NCBI GenBank assembly: GCA_041653315.1
Contig: JBAZFO010000003.1
Coordinates: 1,180 to 65,179 of the forward strand
Reading direction: 5' to 3'
DNA from: Candidatus Micrarchaeia archaeon
GTDB lineage: Archaea > Micrarchaeota > Micrarchaeia > Anstonellales > JAHKLY01
Length of the DNA: 64,000 nucleotides
Position numbers and translations under genes: made by a program. The notes beneath the pieces are model-generated. The model saw only the letters and a list, made by a program, of their open reading frames with translations. It made no database searches and had not been told where the DNA came from. Of this stretch, positions 38,061-47,143 are shown piece after piece. Position 1 is the first letter of the stretch; every line of letters begins with the position of its first letter.

Positions 38061-39395
38061 TTATTTTCTTGTATTGTGAAAATGTCTTTTTTCAATTTTC
38101 TTTTGACTCTTTTTTGGCAAAATCTTATCTTTAACAAATATATAGGAAACTAAAAATCCTAAAATAATAATTGAAGAACCAAATAGGATTACTTCAAATT
38201 TCATTTGTAAAATTAATAAAACACAAGTTAAAGCACCAAAAAAAGGAATTAATGGAAATTTCCCAATATTAAACGGGGTTTTAAAACTTCTTTTTATATC
38301 TGACATTTTATATCTTAAAACAATAGCAGAAACATTAACAATAAAAAATGAAGTTAAAATTGCAATATTAGTCATATTTGCGATTATTCCTATTTTACCA
38401 ATTAAAACAAATATTGAAGATAATATACATAATAAAATTATGGCAACCCAAGGGGATCTATATTTTTCATGAATTTTTGCTAAAATAGAGGGTAATCCCT
38501 TACCTTCAGCCATACCAAAAGTCAATCTTGATGCTGCTAATAAAATCAACAAAATTGTACTTGCAGTTGCAAATAATGCTATTGCTCCTAAAATTAAATA
38601 AGCATTATTTCCTAATGAAACAGAAGCAACATCTGCTAATGGTGCTTTTGAATTTGCAAGGTCCTGCCAATTTATAACACTCACAGAAGAAATAGCTACT
38701 AAAACATATAAAATTGTTGAAACTAATAATGCAACAAGAGTTGCTTCAGGAACAACAACCTTTGGATTTTTTGTTTCTTCACCCATATTAATAATTGTAT
38801 CAAAACCTATATATGCAAAAAATACCAAAGCTGCAGCAGATAAAACTCCAGATAACCCATACTCTGGAACCATTTCAAAATAATCAATTGAATCAAAATT
38901 TGGTATACCTAAAAATATAATCATAAGTAAACCTAAAATAGTAATTATAGCACATATGATCGCAAATCTTGCTGATGCTTTTATACCAAAAAATAAGATA
39001 ATTGAAAAAACTATTAAACTTCCAATTGCAGTTAAAATTATAGGTGTATTAAAAAAAATAGCAAAATATCCAGCAAAACCTAATGCAACTGCGGCAGCAG
39101 AAATAATACAAGCAATTATTAATAACCATCCAATAACAAATGCTAATCTTTTATTAAATGCTTTTTCAGTAAAAACAAATTCTGCACCTGCTTTAGGAAA
39201 TAAAGATGCTAATTCTGCATAACTTAAACCAGTCAATGCTGCAACTATTCCTGCTATAACAAAAGATAACCAAACCATATTTCCAGATAATCCTGCAGCC
39301 TGGCCTATTAAAACATAGATACCTGCACCTAGAATAATTCCTATTCCAGTCAATGTTAATTCCCAAAATCCTAAAGCTCTTTTTAATCTTTTCAT
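38061..39395 (-). CDS. APC-superfamily amino acid permease (paralog 2)
   Basis: Tandem duplicate of 36717..38033. Confidence 0.8.
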   Translation of the reverse strand: MKRLKRALGFWELTLTGIGIILGAGIYVLIGQAAGLSGNMVWLSFVIAGIVAALTGLSYAELASLFPKAGAEFVFTEKAFNKRLAFVIGWLLIIACIISAAAVALGFAGYFAIFFNTPIILTAIGSLIVFSIILFFGIKASARFAIICAIITILGLLMIIFLGIPNFDSIDYFEMVPEYGLSGVLSAAALVFFAYIGFDTIINMGEETKNPKVVVPEATLVALLVSTILYVLVAISSVSVINWQDLANSKAPLADVASVSLGNNAYLILGAIALFATASTILLILLAASRLTFGMAEGKGLPSILAKIHEKYRSPWVAIILLCILSSIFVLIGKIGIIANMTNIAILTSFFIVNVSAIVLRYKMSDIKRSFKTPFNIGKFPLIPFFGALTCVLLILQMKFEVILFGSSIIILGFLVSYIFVKDKILPKKSQKKIEKRHFHNTRK

Positions 39396-39428
39396 ATTTT
39401 CAATGTTATAAAAGATAAGTTTTTAAAA

Positions 39429-40154
39429 ATGCGCTTTAAAATTAAACATATGGAGGTGTATTTAATGAAAAAAATACCAATAGTATTTGTTTTAGTAATT
39501 GGATTGCTATTACTTATGGGGTGCACTCAAACAGAAACTGAAACAAATGGAAATTTAAAAGAAGATAATAAAGAAGAAATTGAAATACCAACAGCTGAAG
39601 AAAAAACAGTAGATAATTCATTTCAAGGATTTATGAATTGGAAAGAAGGAATGTGGGCAGATATAAGATCTATTGAAGGAGAAAGTACTGTCATGTCAAT
39701 TGTAGAAATCAAAAATAACATTATCAAATTTCAAACAGAAAGTATAATAGAAAACCAAGAATCTATTTCTCAAATTTGGTATGATGAAAGTTCTATGAAA
39801 GTAATCAAATTTATATCTAAAACTGACGATATGGTTATTTGTTTTGATATGATTGAAGAAGAACAAGTAGAACTTCCAAAAGAAGACGAAGCATATCTTG
39901 GAAAAACTCCAGAAATGGGATATGGATTATATACCACTCCAACAAATAAAAAAGTAAATTCAGCTAAATTTAAAGCAGAAAATGGAGAATATTGGGTTTC
40001 AAATGAAGTTCCTTTTGGCATAGTAAAAATTACAGACAGCCAAACAGATTTAATATCATTATATGATTTTGGAACTTCTGGAGCAATAAATAAAATTAGT
40101 GAAACAGATATAGCTAATTGCCAAGATTTAAGTTCATTAATATCTACCAACTAA
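39429..40154 (+). CDS. Secreted lipoprotein-like hypothetical protein
   Basis: Signal peptide with lipobox LLLMGC. Confidence 0.4.
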   Translation: MRFKIKHMEVYLMKKIPIVFVLVIGLLLLMGCTQTETETNGNLKEDNKEEIEIPTAEEKTVDNSFQGFMNWKEGMWADIRSIEGESTVMSIVEIKNNIIKFQTESIIENQESISQIWYDESSMKVIKFISKTDDMVICFDMIEEEQVELPKEDEAYLGKTPEMGYGLYTTPTNKKVNSAKFKAENGEYWVSNEVPFGIVKITDSQTDLISLYDFGTSGAINKISETDIANCQDLSSLISTN

Positions 40155-40185
40155 TTTCTTTCTTTTTTTTATTTTAATTAGAATA

Positions 40186-40293
40186 TGGGCCCAGTGAGAT
40201 TTGAACTCACGGCCTCTCGATTATCAGTCGAGCGCTCCAACCATTTTAGGCTTATTTAAATCTTACTAAATAAACTGACTAAGCTATGGGCCC
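40186..40293 (-). tRNA. tRNA-Ile (anticodon GAU) with a roughly 31-nt intron in the D-loop
   Basis: GGGCCCA TA GCTT AGTCAG[TTTATTTAGTAAGATTTAAATAAGCCTAAAA]TGGTTGGAGC G CTCGA CTGATAA TCGAG AG GCC GTGAG TTCAAAT CTCAC TGGGCCC A. T-loop is intact. Confidence 0.65.
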
Positions 40294-40353
40294 ATTAAAA
40301 TCAGAGAAATATGGTATAAAAGAATATAAAAAAGTTTTGTTTAATTTAAAAAC

Positions 40354-41286
40354 TCAAATCTGGCTCATTAATTTAGTTAAATCTTCATTTTTTAATTTTT
40401 GCATTTCAATTTTAGGTGTATAATACTCACTTTGCCCTTGAACCAATCTTTCTCTTATTTCTAAACATATTAAATACTCTTCCTGTAATTTATCAAATCT
40501 ATGTTCTTCTTCCGGATCAAATGATTTAACTTGTCTTTTTGCAGTCATTGCTTGAATACTTCTTGTAACATCATTTAATTTGTCTTCATTTTCATCAAAT
40601 TTTTCAAGTAATAAATTTGAAACCCAAATATTTTTGTTATTAATCTTCCTTAATGTTTCTGGATTCCAATTAATAATTTTTTCTCCTTTTTGATTTCCAC
40701 TAATTAATCTACTATTTTTAATACAGCAAGAAAATCCAATTCTATTAAGAAGTTGAATTAATTTTTTTTGTTTTTCAATTTTTATTGAAGAAATATCAAC
40801 TGACCAATCATTTGAAACTGAAAATGATTCTATTGCATCTTTTATTTCATCTGCATCAGATTGTGGCATAGAATTAAGAAGTAAGGTTAATTCTGCTAAT
40901 TCCTCTCTTTTTTCGTAATTTTCTTTTGTTAATCTTCCTCTTTGTTTCATGTTTTCATATAATTTTCCTTGTTTTGATTTTGCTGCGTACATCATTTCTC
41001 CAATAGTATGGGAATTAATTTCATCTGATAATTCATCAACAATTGATCTATGAAGAATTACTGTTAAAATACCTGCAGATTTTATCTTCATTTCTAAAGG
41101 AACAAGATTTACTTTTGTTTCATCTATAAAATTATTTAATGCAGAAATATGAATATCTTTTTGTTCTGCCCCATTTTGAAGTAAATAATCTCTTTTAAAA
41201 GTAAGCTCTCCTAATCTCCTTGACAAGGAGCTATAATCAACCAAATCCGCATGTGTAATTGTCATTTCTACCAACTTAATCACCAT
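40354..41286 (-). CDS. Hypothetical protein (about 311 aa)
   Basis: The track ORF extends to 41457 through a GC-rich structured region encoding an implausible basic N-terminus (MLYTLARRPKRRFNLHFYF...). An internal start at MVIKLVEMTITHADL is preferred. Confidence 0.4.
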   Translation of the reverse strand: MVIKLVEMTITHADLVDYSSLSRRLGELTFKRDYLLQNGAEQKDIHISALNNFIDETKVNLVPLEMKIKSAGILTVILHRSIVDELSDEINSHTIGEMMYAAKSKQGKLYENMKQRGRLTKENYEKREELAELTLLLNSMPQSDADEIKDAIESFSVSNDWSVDISSIKIEKQKKLIQLLNRIGFSCCIKNSRLISGNQKGEKIINWNPETLRKINNKNIWVSNLLLEKFDENEDKLNDVTRSIQAMTAKRQVKSFDPEEEHRFDKLQEEYLICLEIRERLVQGQSEYYTPKIEMQKLKNEDLTKLMSQI

Positions 41287-41289
41287 TAT

Positions 41290-41460
41290 TCTTTTATTTG
41301 GAGAAAAAAAGGCAGAAACACAAAAAGAGAATAGTGTTTTTGGTGTGTTGTGGGAGGTGAAAACTGCCTTTTTCCCCTTTGCTCTTTTTGCCGCACGGCA
41401 AAAATAAAAATGGAGATTAAATCTCCGTTTGGGTCGCCTTGCCAGCGTGTATAGCAAGTA
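41290..41460 (-). ncRNA. GC-enriched structured leader or candidate small RNA upstream of 40354..41286
   Basis: Hairpins GGAGATTTAATCTCC, GCCGTGCGGC and a GGCAG...CTGCC-closed element containing TCACCTCC. Base composition is anomalous for this genome. Confidence 0.3.
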
Positions 41461-41483
41461 TGATTTTTGATTTTATATGAAAT

Positions 41484-41909
41484 TTATTTCAATTTGAAAT
41501 AAACTGTTCTGCCTACTTGTTGTTTAACAAGTAAACCTGTTGAACAAAGCTTGTTTAATCTTGCACTTGCTGCATTTACTCCTTTATATTTAAAGTAAAC
41601 TTTTACATCATTAGCACATACTGCATTTTTTTGCCTAATAAAATCAACAATTTTTTGATCTACCATAGGCAATAATTGCTGGTTCTCTTCTTCATCTATT
41701 ATTAATCCATTTTCTATTCTATCAAGCTTTTCTACGATTGTTTTTAACATTCTATTTGAATTTTCTCTCTCTTCAACTAACAACTGTAATAATCCAGCCA
41801 AAACAACCGGATCTTTGAATTTTGGCATTTCCTTTTCAATTTGTTCAATGATATTCTGCATAGCCGAACTTTCGGCGATAGGTTTATAAATTTCCTCTTT
41901 CTTTATCAT
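41484..41909 (-). CDS. Winged-helix transcriptional regulator
   Basis: C-terminal wHTH pattern ANDVKVYFKYKGVNAASARLNKLCSTGLLVKQQVGRTVYFKL. Confidence 0.55.
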   Translation of the reverse strand: MIKKEEIYKPIAESSAMQNIIEQIEKEMPKFKDPVVLAGLLQLLVEERENSNRMLKTIVEKLDRIENGLIIDEEENQQLLPMVDQKIVDFIRQKNAVCANDVKVYFKYKGVNAASARLNKLCSTGLLVKQQVGRTVYFKLK

Positions 41910-41925
41910 ATCAAAACCTATTTTA

Positions 41926-41992
41926 TTCCGGTAAATCCCGGAAAAGTGATATCATAATAATATCACATAACTATCATGATATAATCATGATA
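41926..41992. promoter_or_regulatory. Cluster of operator-like repeats in the divergent intergenic region
   Basis: TTCCGG-TAAATC-CCGGAA at 41926..41943, GTGATAT-CATAATA-ATATCAC at 41947..41967, and direct repeat ATCATGAT-ATA-ATCATGAT at 41973..41991. Confidence 0.4.
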
Positions 41993-42115
41993 CATTTTTA
42001 AACCTTATAGTTTCTCTCTCGTATGATTTATCAAAAATATCAACTCAAAAATATTTTTTCAAACACAAAATAGAAAAAAGGAAACTATATATATTTTGCG
42101 TTATTATTTTATTAT

Positions 42116-42664
42116 ATGTATAAAAAATTTATTTTGGATAAAACAAAACAAATAAAAAATGCATTAATACAAAGAAAAATTTCTTCTCTTAAAAAAGTAC
42201 AATATGAATGTATTGAACATATGGCTGTTGAATTTAATCAAAATATATTTAATTTAGCAATTATTTGTTATATGCTTTCAAAAATGATTGCAAAACCTAG
42301 ATATTGGAAAACAAAAGGATTAAACGTATATTCAAAAAAAATAGAAAAATCTTTGGATACAATATTAAATTTAAACTATGAAGAGGGAAACATCTCTAAA
42401 ATATTACAAGAAATAATTGAAACAGTTCATTCATTAGATATTCAAGATAAAAAATATATTCATGAATTAATCGAAGGTGGAAAAATAAAAATAGGATCTT
42501 CATTATATTCAAAAGGAATTACTTTGGGTGTCGCATCTGATTTATCTGGTGCTGAAAGAATAGATATAATGGAATATATCGGGAAAACAACAATACATGA
42601 AAATAATAGAGAACCAGTAGAAATTAATGACAGGATTAAAAAAGTAAGGGAGATATTTGGGTGA
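42116..42664 (+). CDS. Hypothetical protein (182 aa)
   Basis: First gene of the plus-strand operon. Confidence 0.35.
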   Translation: MYKKFILDKTKQIKNALIQRKISSLKKVQYECIEHMAVEFNQNIFNLAIICYMLSKMIAKPRYWKTKGLNVYSKKIEKSLDTILNLNYEEGNISKILQEIIETVHSLDIQDKKYIHELIEGGKIKIGSSLYSKGITLGVASDLSGAERIDIMEYIGKTTIHENNREPVEINDRIKKVREIFG

Positions 42665-43355
42665 TTTTATGGATAAAAAAGCGATATTATGTGATGCAAG
42701 TTCATTGATTGCATTAACGGATACTGGGTTTTTATGGGTTTTATATTCTCTTAAAAAAAGATATAATATATTTTTAATGATGCCTCAAAAAGTTAAATAT
42801 GAATGCATAACAAGACCTCTTGGAATTAAAAAATATGCGATAAATGGGATAAGATTAATGGATGCAATTAATGATGGTATTATTGATTTAGTAGATATTG
42901 ATGTTGAAAAAGAAAGTATAGAAATAATGGAAATCGCTAATAATATGTTTTTTGCAAGAGGAAATCCAATTCATTTAGTTGATGCAGGAGAAGCAGAAAT
43001 GATCGCTTTAACTAAAAAATTAGGAATTTATAATGTTTTAATAGATGAAAGAAATACAAGAATGCTTATAGAAAATTCAAACGACTTGAAAAAACATCAA
43101 GAAAGAGAACTAAGAATTAATATCACCCCAAATCAAAAAAATATTCAAATATTTAAAGATATGACAAAAAATATTTTTCCTTTTAGAAGCAGTGAGATAT
43201 TAGCTATTGCTTATGAAAAAGGACTATTTAATAAATTTCAAGGATTAGAACAGCAAGCATTAGAATCTGGATTAAATAGTTTAAAATTTAATGGATGTTC
43301 AATTAGTTTTGAAGAAATAGGAAGATTGATAAGTATAGTTCAAAAACCTAAATAG
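42657..43355 (+). CDS. PIN-like domain protein (putative nuclease)
   Basis: Acidic residues arranged as in PIN folds: ILCDASSLIAL, VDAGEAEMIAL, LIDERNTRM. Confidence 0.4.
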   Translation: MGDFMDKKAILCDASSLIALTDTGFLWVLYSLKKRYNIFLMMPQKVKYECITRPLGIKKYAINGIRLMDAINDGIIDLVDIDVEKESIEIMEIANNMFFARGNPIHLVDAGEAEMIALTKKLGIYNVLIDERNTRMLIENSNDLKKHQERELRINITPNQKNIQIFKDMTKNIFPFRSSEILAIAYEKGLFNKFQGLEQQALESGLNSLKFNGCSISFEEIGRLISIVQKPK

Positions 43356-43363
43356 GTGAGTTC

Positions 43364-43999
43364 TTGCCAATAAAAATTTTTATGGACATAAGAGAAGACG
43401 AATTTATAAAAGATTTACTTATAAATAAGGAATTAGAAATTGAAATTCAAACTTTAAGTATTGGAGATTTTATTTGCTCAGAAAAAACAGTTATTGAAAG
43501 AAAAACAAAACAGGATTTAGAAGCATCTATAATTGATGGAAGATTATTTGAACAATTAAAAAGATTAAAAGAAACTTTTGAATGTGTTATTTTATTGGTT
43601 GAAGGATACGGTAATGCTGAAAGAATTAATAATAATGCTTTGAAAGGCGCGCAAGTATCAATAATGACTGACTATGGTGCTTCATTATTATTTACACATG
43701 ATAAAAATGAAACTGCTGAAATGATTTATGCAATTGCTAAACATGAACAAATTGCCAGAAAACAAAAAAATCGTATTAAAGCACATAAAAAAGCGCATAC
43801 ATTAGGAGAAAAACAAAGAGCTGTTATTGAGGCACTTCCTTTAGTTGGTCCTCAATTAGCAATTGATTTATTAGAAACTTTTGGAACAATTGAAAATATT
43901 ATTAGTGCAGATGAAGATGAATTAGCAGAAGTTAATAATTTAGGTAAGAAAAAAGCACAGCTTTTAAAAAATATTTTTGAATCTGTTTATGTTGAATAA
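43364..43999 (+). CDS. xpf: XPF/ERCC4-family structure-specific endonuclease, short archaeal form (nuclease plus HhH2)
   Basis: ERCC4 motif GDFICSEKTVIERKTKQDLEASIIDGRLFEQ and HhH2 LPLVGPQLAIDLLETFGTIENI. Track start is TTG; the ATG 18 nt downstream is an alternative. Confidence 0.8.
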   Translation: MPIKIFMDIREDEFIKDLLINKELEIEIQTLSIGDFICSEKTVIERKTKQDLEASIIDGRLFEQLKRLKETFECVILLVEGYGNAERINNNALKGAQVSIMTDYGASLLFTHDKNETAEMIYAIAKHEQIARKQKNRIKAHKKAHTLGEKQRAVIEALPLVGPQLAIDLLETFGTIENIISADEDELAEVNNLGKKKAQLLKNIFESVYVE

Positions 44000-44012
44000 A
44001 TTTATTATTTAA

Positions 44013-44633
44013 TTATCTAGATAAGATATTTAGAATTTCTTTTTTCCATTTTTTAAATTCTGTAAAATCCATTCCTGTATATGTATGATCATCAAAAGTT
44101 TTAATTAATTTAATCAAATGATCAAAATATTCATTTAATTTATATTCTTTTAATAATTGCTTGTATTTCTTAAAGTCTATTCCTCCATATCTTAATAAAG
44201 TTATAATATCTATTGAATCTTTCTTTCCTTTAATTGAATCTTTTCTATCTAAATATGCGCACTGTTTTAATATTAATAAAATTTCTGGTTGAACAATTTT
44301 TATTCCTTGTATTCTAGGATTTTTCATTTTAAGAATATCCTCTACGGGTATAGGAAGTTCTGAAAAATAAGGAACATAAATATCAATATCAAATCCTTTA
44401 TCTTCTATCTCATATTTTTTAAGATTAACATTCTTTTTTAAGTCATAATTATTTTTAATTGTATATAAAGTATCCATATCAATTAAAATGTCTATATCTT
44501 TCGACTTATTAATTTTTGTATATAAAAATAAACTCCATCCCCCTATTAAAACAAAATCAAATTCTTTTGTTAATCCTTGTAGTCTTTCCCAGCTTTGTTT
44601 TGTTATATTATCAGACCAAAATTCTCTCACCAT
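44013..44633 (-). CDS. Nucleotidyltransferase-fold protein (minimal NTase, toxin-type)
   Basis: LIGGWSLFLYTKINKSKDIDILID matches the GG-x10-DIDhh NTase signature. Confidence 0.5.
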   Translation of the reverse strand: MVREFWSDNITKQSWERLQGLTKEFDFVLIGGWSLFLYTKINKSKDIDILIDMDTLYTIKNNYDLKKNVNLKKYEIEDKGFDIDIYVPYFSELPIPVEDILKMKNPRIQGIKIVQPEILLILKQCAYLDRKDSIKGKKDSIDIITLLRYGGIDFKKYKQLLKEYKLNEYFDHLIKLIKTFDDHTYTGMDFTEFKKWKKEILNILSR

Positions 44634-44700
44634 TTAAATTTCACCTCTGTTCTTCTCCTGGAAATTTAAATAATTGAAAACTTATATTTTTCAATACCAT

Positions 44701-45282
44701 TTAAATCACCTTTTTCTTTATATCATTTAGAAAATCCTTTGCATACCATTCAGGAAGATTCCATAAGTCAACAAATATTAATGGAAGGGGAACAACATTA
44801 TTTTTTGAGAATTTGTTTAATAAATTTTCTTCTTTTAAAACAATAATATTTTTTGGGCCTTCTCTTAAAGGAAATCTTTCTTTTATTTCTTTAATATTAT
44901 TTGAGTATAAATAAATTTCTCCATAATCAGCAGGAGCATTTTTCTCAATTAATTTATACCCAGAATATGCAGTGAAATATACTTCATTTGGCATCAATGC
45001 TTCAATATTTTCAGGTTTATCTGGATAAAAAGTTGAATATACAATATCTTTTTGTATATCTCTTAAAGTAGCCCAATATACAAGAATTTTTTCAAAATCC
45101 CTTAAAATAAATTCTCTTGATTTAATTTCAATTGCATGCATTTTTTCCAAAGGTTTTAATGCATTGTTTACTGTACTTAAAGAAATTCCTAAGAAGTCTG
45201 ATATTTCCTTCTGTGTAAACTTAGTTCTATTCTTGAAATAAGAGTCTAAGATGAATAAATACACAAATTCCTTCTTTAACAT
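44701..45282 (-). CDS. HTH transcriptional regulator or antitoxin partner of the downstream NTase
   Basis: TQKEISDFLGISLSTVNNALKPL helix-turn-helix. Co-directional and adjacent to 44013..44633. Confidence 0.5.
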   Translation of the reverse strand: MLKKEFVYLFILDSYFKNRTKFTQKEISDFLGISLSTVNNALKPLEKMHAIEIKSREFILRDFEKILVYWATLRDIQKDIVYSTFYPDKPENIEALMPNEVYFTAYSGYKLIEKNAPADYGEIYLYSNNIKEIKERFPLREGPKNIIVLKEENLLNKFSKNNVVPLPLIFVDLWNLPEWYAKDFLNDIKKKVI

Positions 45283-45443
45283 GTTTCTATTTAGCGCATT
45301 CTTTATTTATAAATCTTTCGATGTTTATCGAAACACATAAATTTACTTGACTTTAAATAATTTTTTAAATAAATAATTATTTTTATACTGTCTATTTTAG
45401 CTTACTTAAAAAATTGCCAAAAAAATTATCAAAAAAACAGAGT

Positions 45444-46448
45444 TCAAAATCGTATGAACATTGCATCTCCAAATGAATAAAATCTATAATGCTGTTCTAT
45501 AGCTTCATTATAAAGCTCATGCCATTTATCTCCTATTAAACTTGCTATTAATAAAAGTAAACTAGTGCGTGGAAGATGGAAATTAGTTATTAAACCATCA
45601 AATTTTAAATTAAATTTATAACCTGGATAAATAAATAAATTAGTTTCTTTAGCGCAAGCCTTAACTTTTCCATTTTTTAATGTAGCACTTTCTAAAGTTC
45701 TTAAAGAAGTTGTACCAACAACATACAAAGCGCCTTTTCTTTTATTAATTACTTCTGCTGCCTTTTTATCAATTTCAAACCATTCAAAATGCATTTTATG
45801 TTTTTTATAATCTTCTTCTCTAATCTCAGCAAAGGTCCCTAATCCTACATGAAGACAAATTTTAACTATCTCAATCCCTTTAGCTTCTAAACGTTCAATT
45901 AATTTACTACTAAAATGCAATCCTGCAGTGGGTGCTGCAACAGAGCCTTCTTTTAATGCAAAAACAGTTTGATATTTTTTTCTATCATAATTTTCATTAT
46001 GTATATATCCAGGTAAAGTAAAATCTCCTTTTTGTTTAATTATTTTTTCAATAGGTTGATTAAATTTTAATAAAAAATGAAAATCAATTTGAGATGCAAT
46101 CTCAGCAATTACTCCATCTTGAAATAATAATTTATTCCCAATTTGTGGATTTTTACATTTAACAAATGCTTCATATTCTTTATTATTTTTCTTTTTTATA
46201 AGGGTTATTGAAGCCTGCCCCCCAGTTTCTTTTTGTCCAATCAATTTTGTATTTACAACTTTGGTTTCATTAACAACTAAAATGTCTCCTTTTTTTAGAT
46301 AATCAACAAGTTCAAAAAAATGTCTGTGTTCTATTGAATCTTCTTTTTTATTATAAATTAACAAACGCGATTCATGTCTTTTATCTAATGGTTTTTGCGC
46401 AATTAATTCTGTAGGTAAATTATAATAATAATTATTTATTGATTCCAT
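45444..46448 (-). CDS. queA: S-adenosylmethionine:tRNA ribosyltransferase-isomerase (bacterial-type queuosine pathway)
   Basis: YNLPTELIAQKP...SRLL, VAAPTAGLHF, LHVGLGTF, VGTTSLRTLESA, IYPGY, ITNFHLPRTSLLLLIASL and YRFYSFGDAMFI all match the QueA conserved blocks. Confidence 0.85.
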   Translation of the reverse strand: MESINNYYYNLPTELIAQKPLDKRHESRLLIYNKKEDSIEHRHFFELVDYLKKGDILVVNETKVVNTKLIGQKETGGQASITLIKKKNNKEYEAFVKCKNPQIGNKLLFQDGVIAEIASQIDFHFLLKFNQPIEKIIKQKGDFTLPGYIHNENYDRKKYQTVFALKEGSVAAPTAGLHFSSKLIERLEAKGIEIVKICLHVGLGTFAEIREEDYKKHKMHFEWFEIDKKAAEVINKRKGALYVVGTTSLRTLESATLKNGKVKACAKETNLFIYPGYKFNLKFDGLITNFHLPRTSLLLLIASLIGDKWHELYNEAIEQHYRFYSFGDAMFIRF

Positions 46449-46491
46449 AAACTCACTTTAAAAACGTATATATAAATTGGGCTCTTGGGGT

Positions 46492-47139
46492 TTAAAAAGG
46501 TATATCTAATTTATTTATTTCTTTTATTACTTTATCTGCCACTATTAATTTTTCTTTAGGGTTAGTGGTTTCTACTGCAATACAATAAGCACCAGAAGCT
46601 TTAGCAGCTTTAATTCCATTTATTGAATCTTCAATAATAACTGTTTCATTAGGTTTAACATTTAATTTATTCATTGTTTTTAGATAAATCTCAGGATCTG
46701 GTTTTCCGTTTTTAACATCTTCAGCAGAATATAAAATATCAAAATATTCTCTGATTTCAAATTTATCAACAACTAAATCCATTAATGATTTAAAAGAAGA
46801 AGTTGCTATTGCCAATTTATATCCTTTATTTTTTAATTCAATAATTTTTTCTTTTGCTCCTTTAAACAGTTCTAATCTTTTTTCCGCTTTTTTCATAAAC
46901 AATTCTCTTCTTTCTTTTATTGCTTTTTTATTTATTTCTTCTAACTCTTTTCCTGAAAAACCTTTTTCTTCAAAAAAAGGGCCAAAAACTTCTTCTTCAA
47001 CTCTACCTATAACTTTTTCATAAATTTTATCATTCATAAAAATTTCATATTTTTTATAAATCTCAAAATTTACAATTTTCCAAAGAGGTTCAGAATTAAC
47101 AATAACTCCATCCATATCAAAAATAATTGCTTTTATCAT
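46492..47139 (-). CDS. HAD-superfamily hydrolase (beta-phosphoglucomutase/phosphatase-like)
   Basis: Motif I FDMDGVIV, motif II IATSS, motif IV EDSINGIKAA. Confidence 0.85.
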   Translation of the reverse strand: MIKAIIFDMDGVIVNSEPLWKIVNFEIYKKYEIFMNDKIYEKVIGRVEEEVFGPFFEEKGFSGKELEEINKKAIKERRELFMKKAEKRLELFKGAKEKIIELKNKGYKLAIATSSFKSLMDLVVDKFEIREYFDILYSAEDVKNGKPDPEIYLKTMNKLNVKPNETVIIEDSINGIKAAKASGAYCIAVETTNPKEKLIVADKVIKEINKLDIPF

Positions 47140-47143
47140 TCAT

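Noticed and set aside
41287-41457. N-terminal 57 codons of ORF 40354..41457
   Set aside because: Encoded by the GC-rich hairpin region (MLYTLARRPKRRFNLHFYFCRAAKRAKGKK). More plausibly a structured leader than protein
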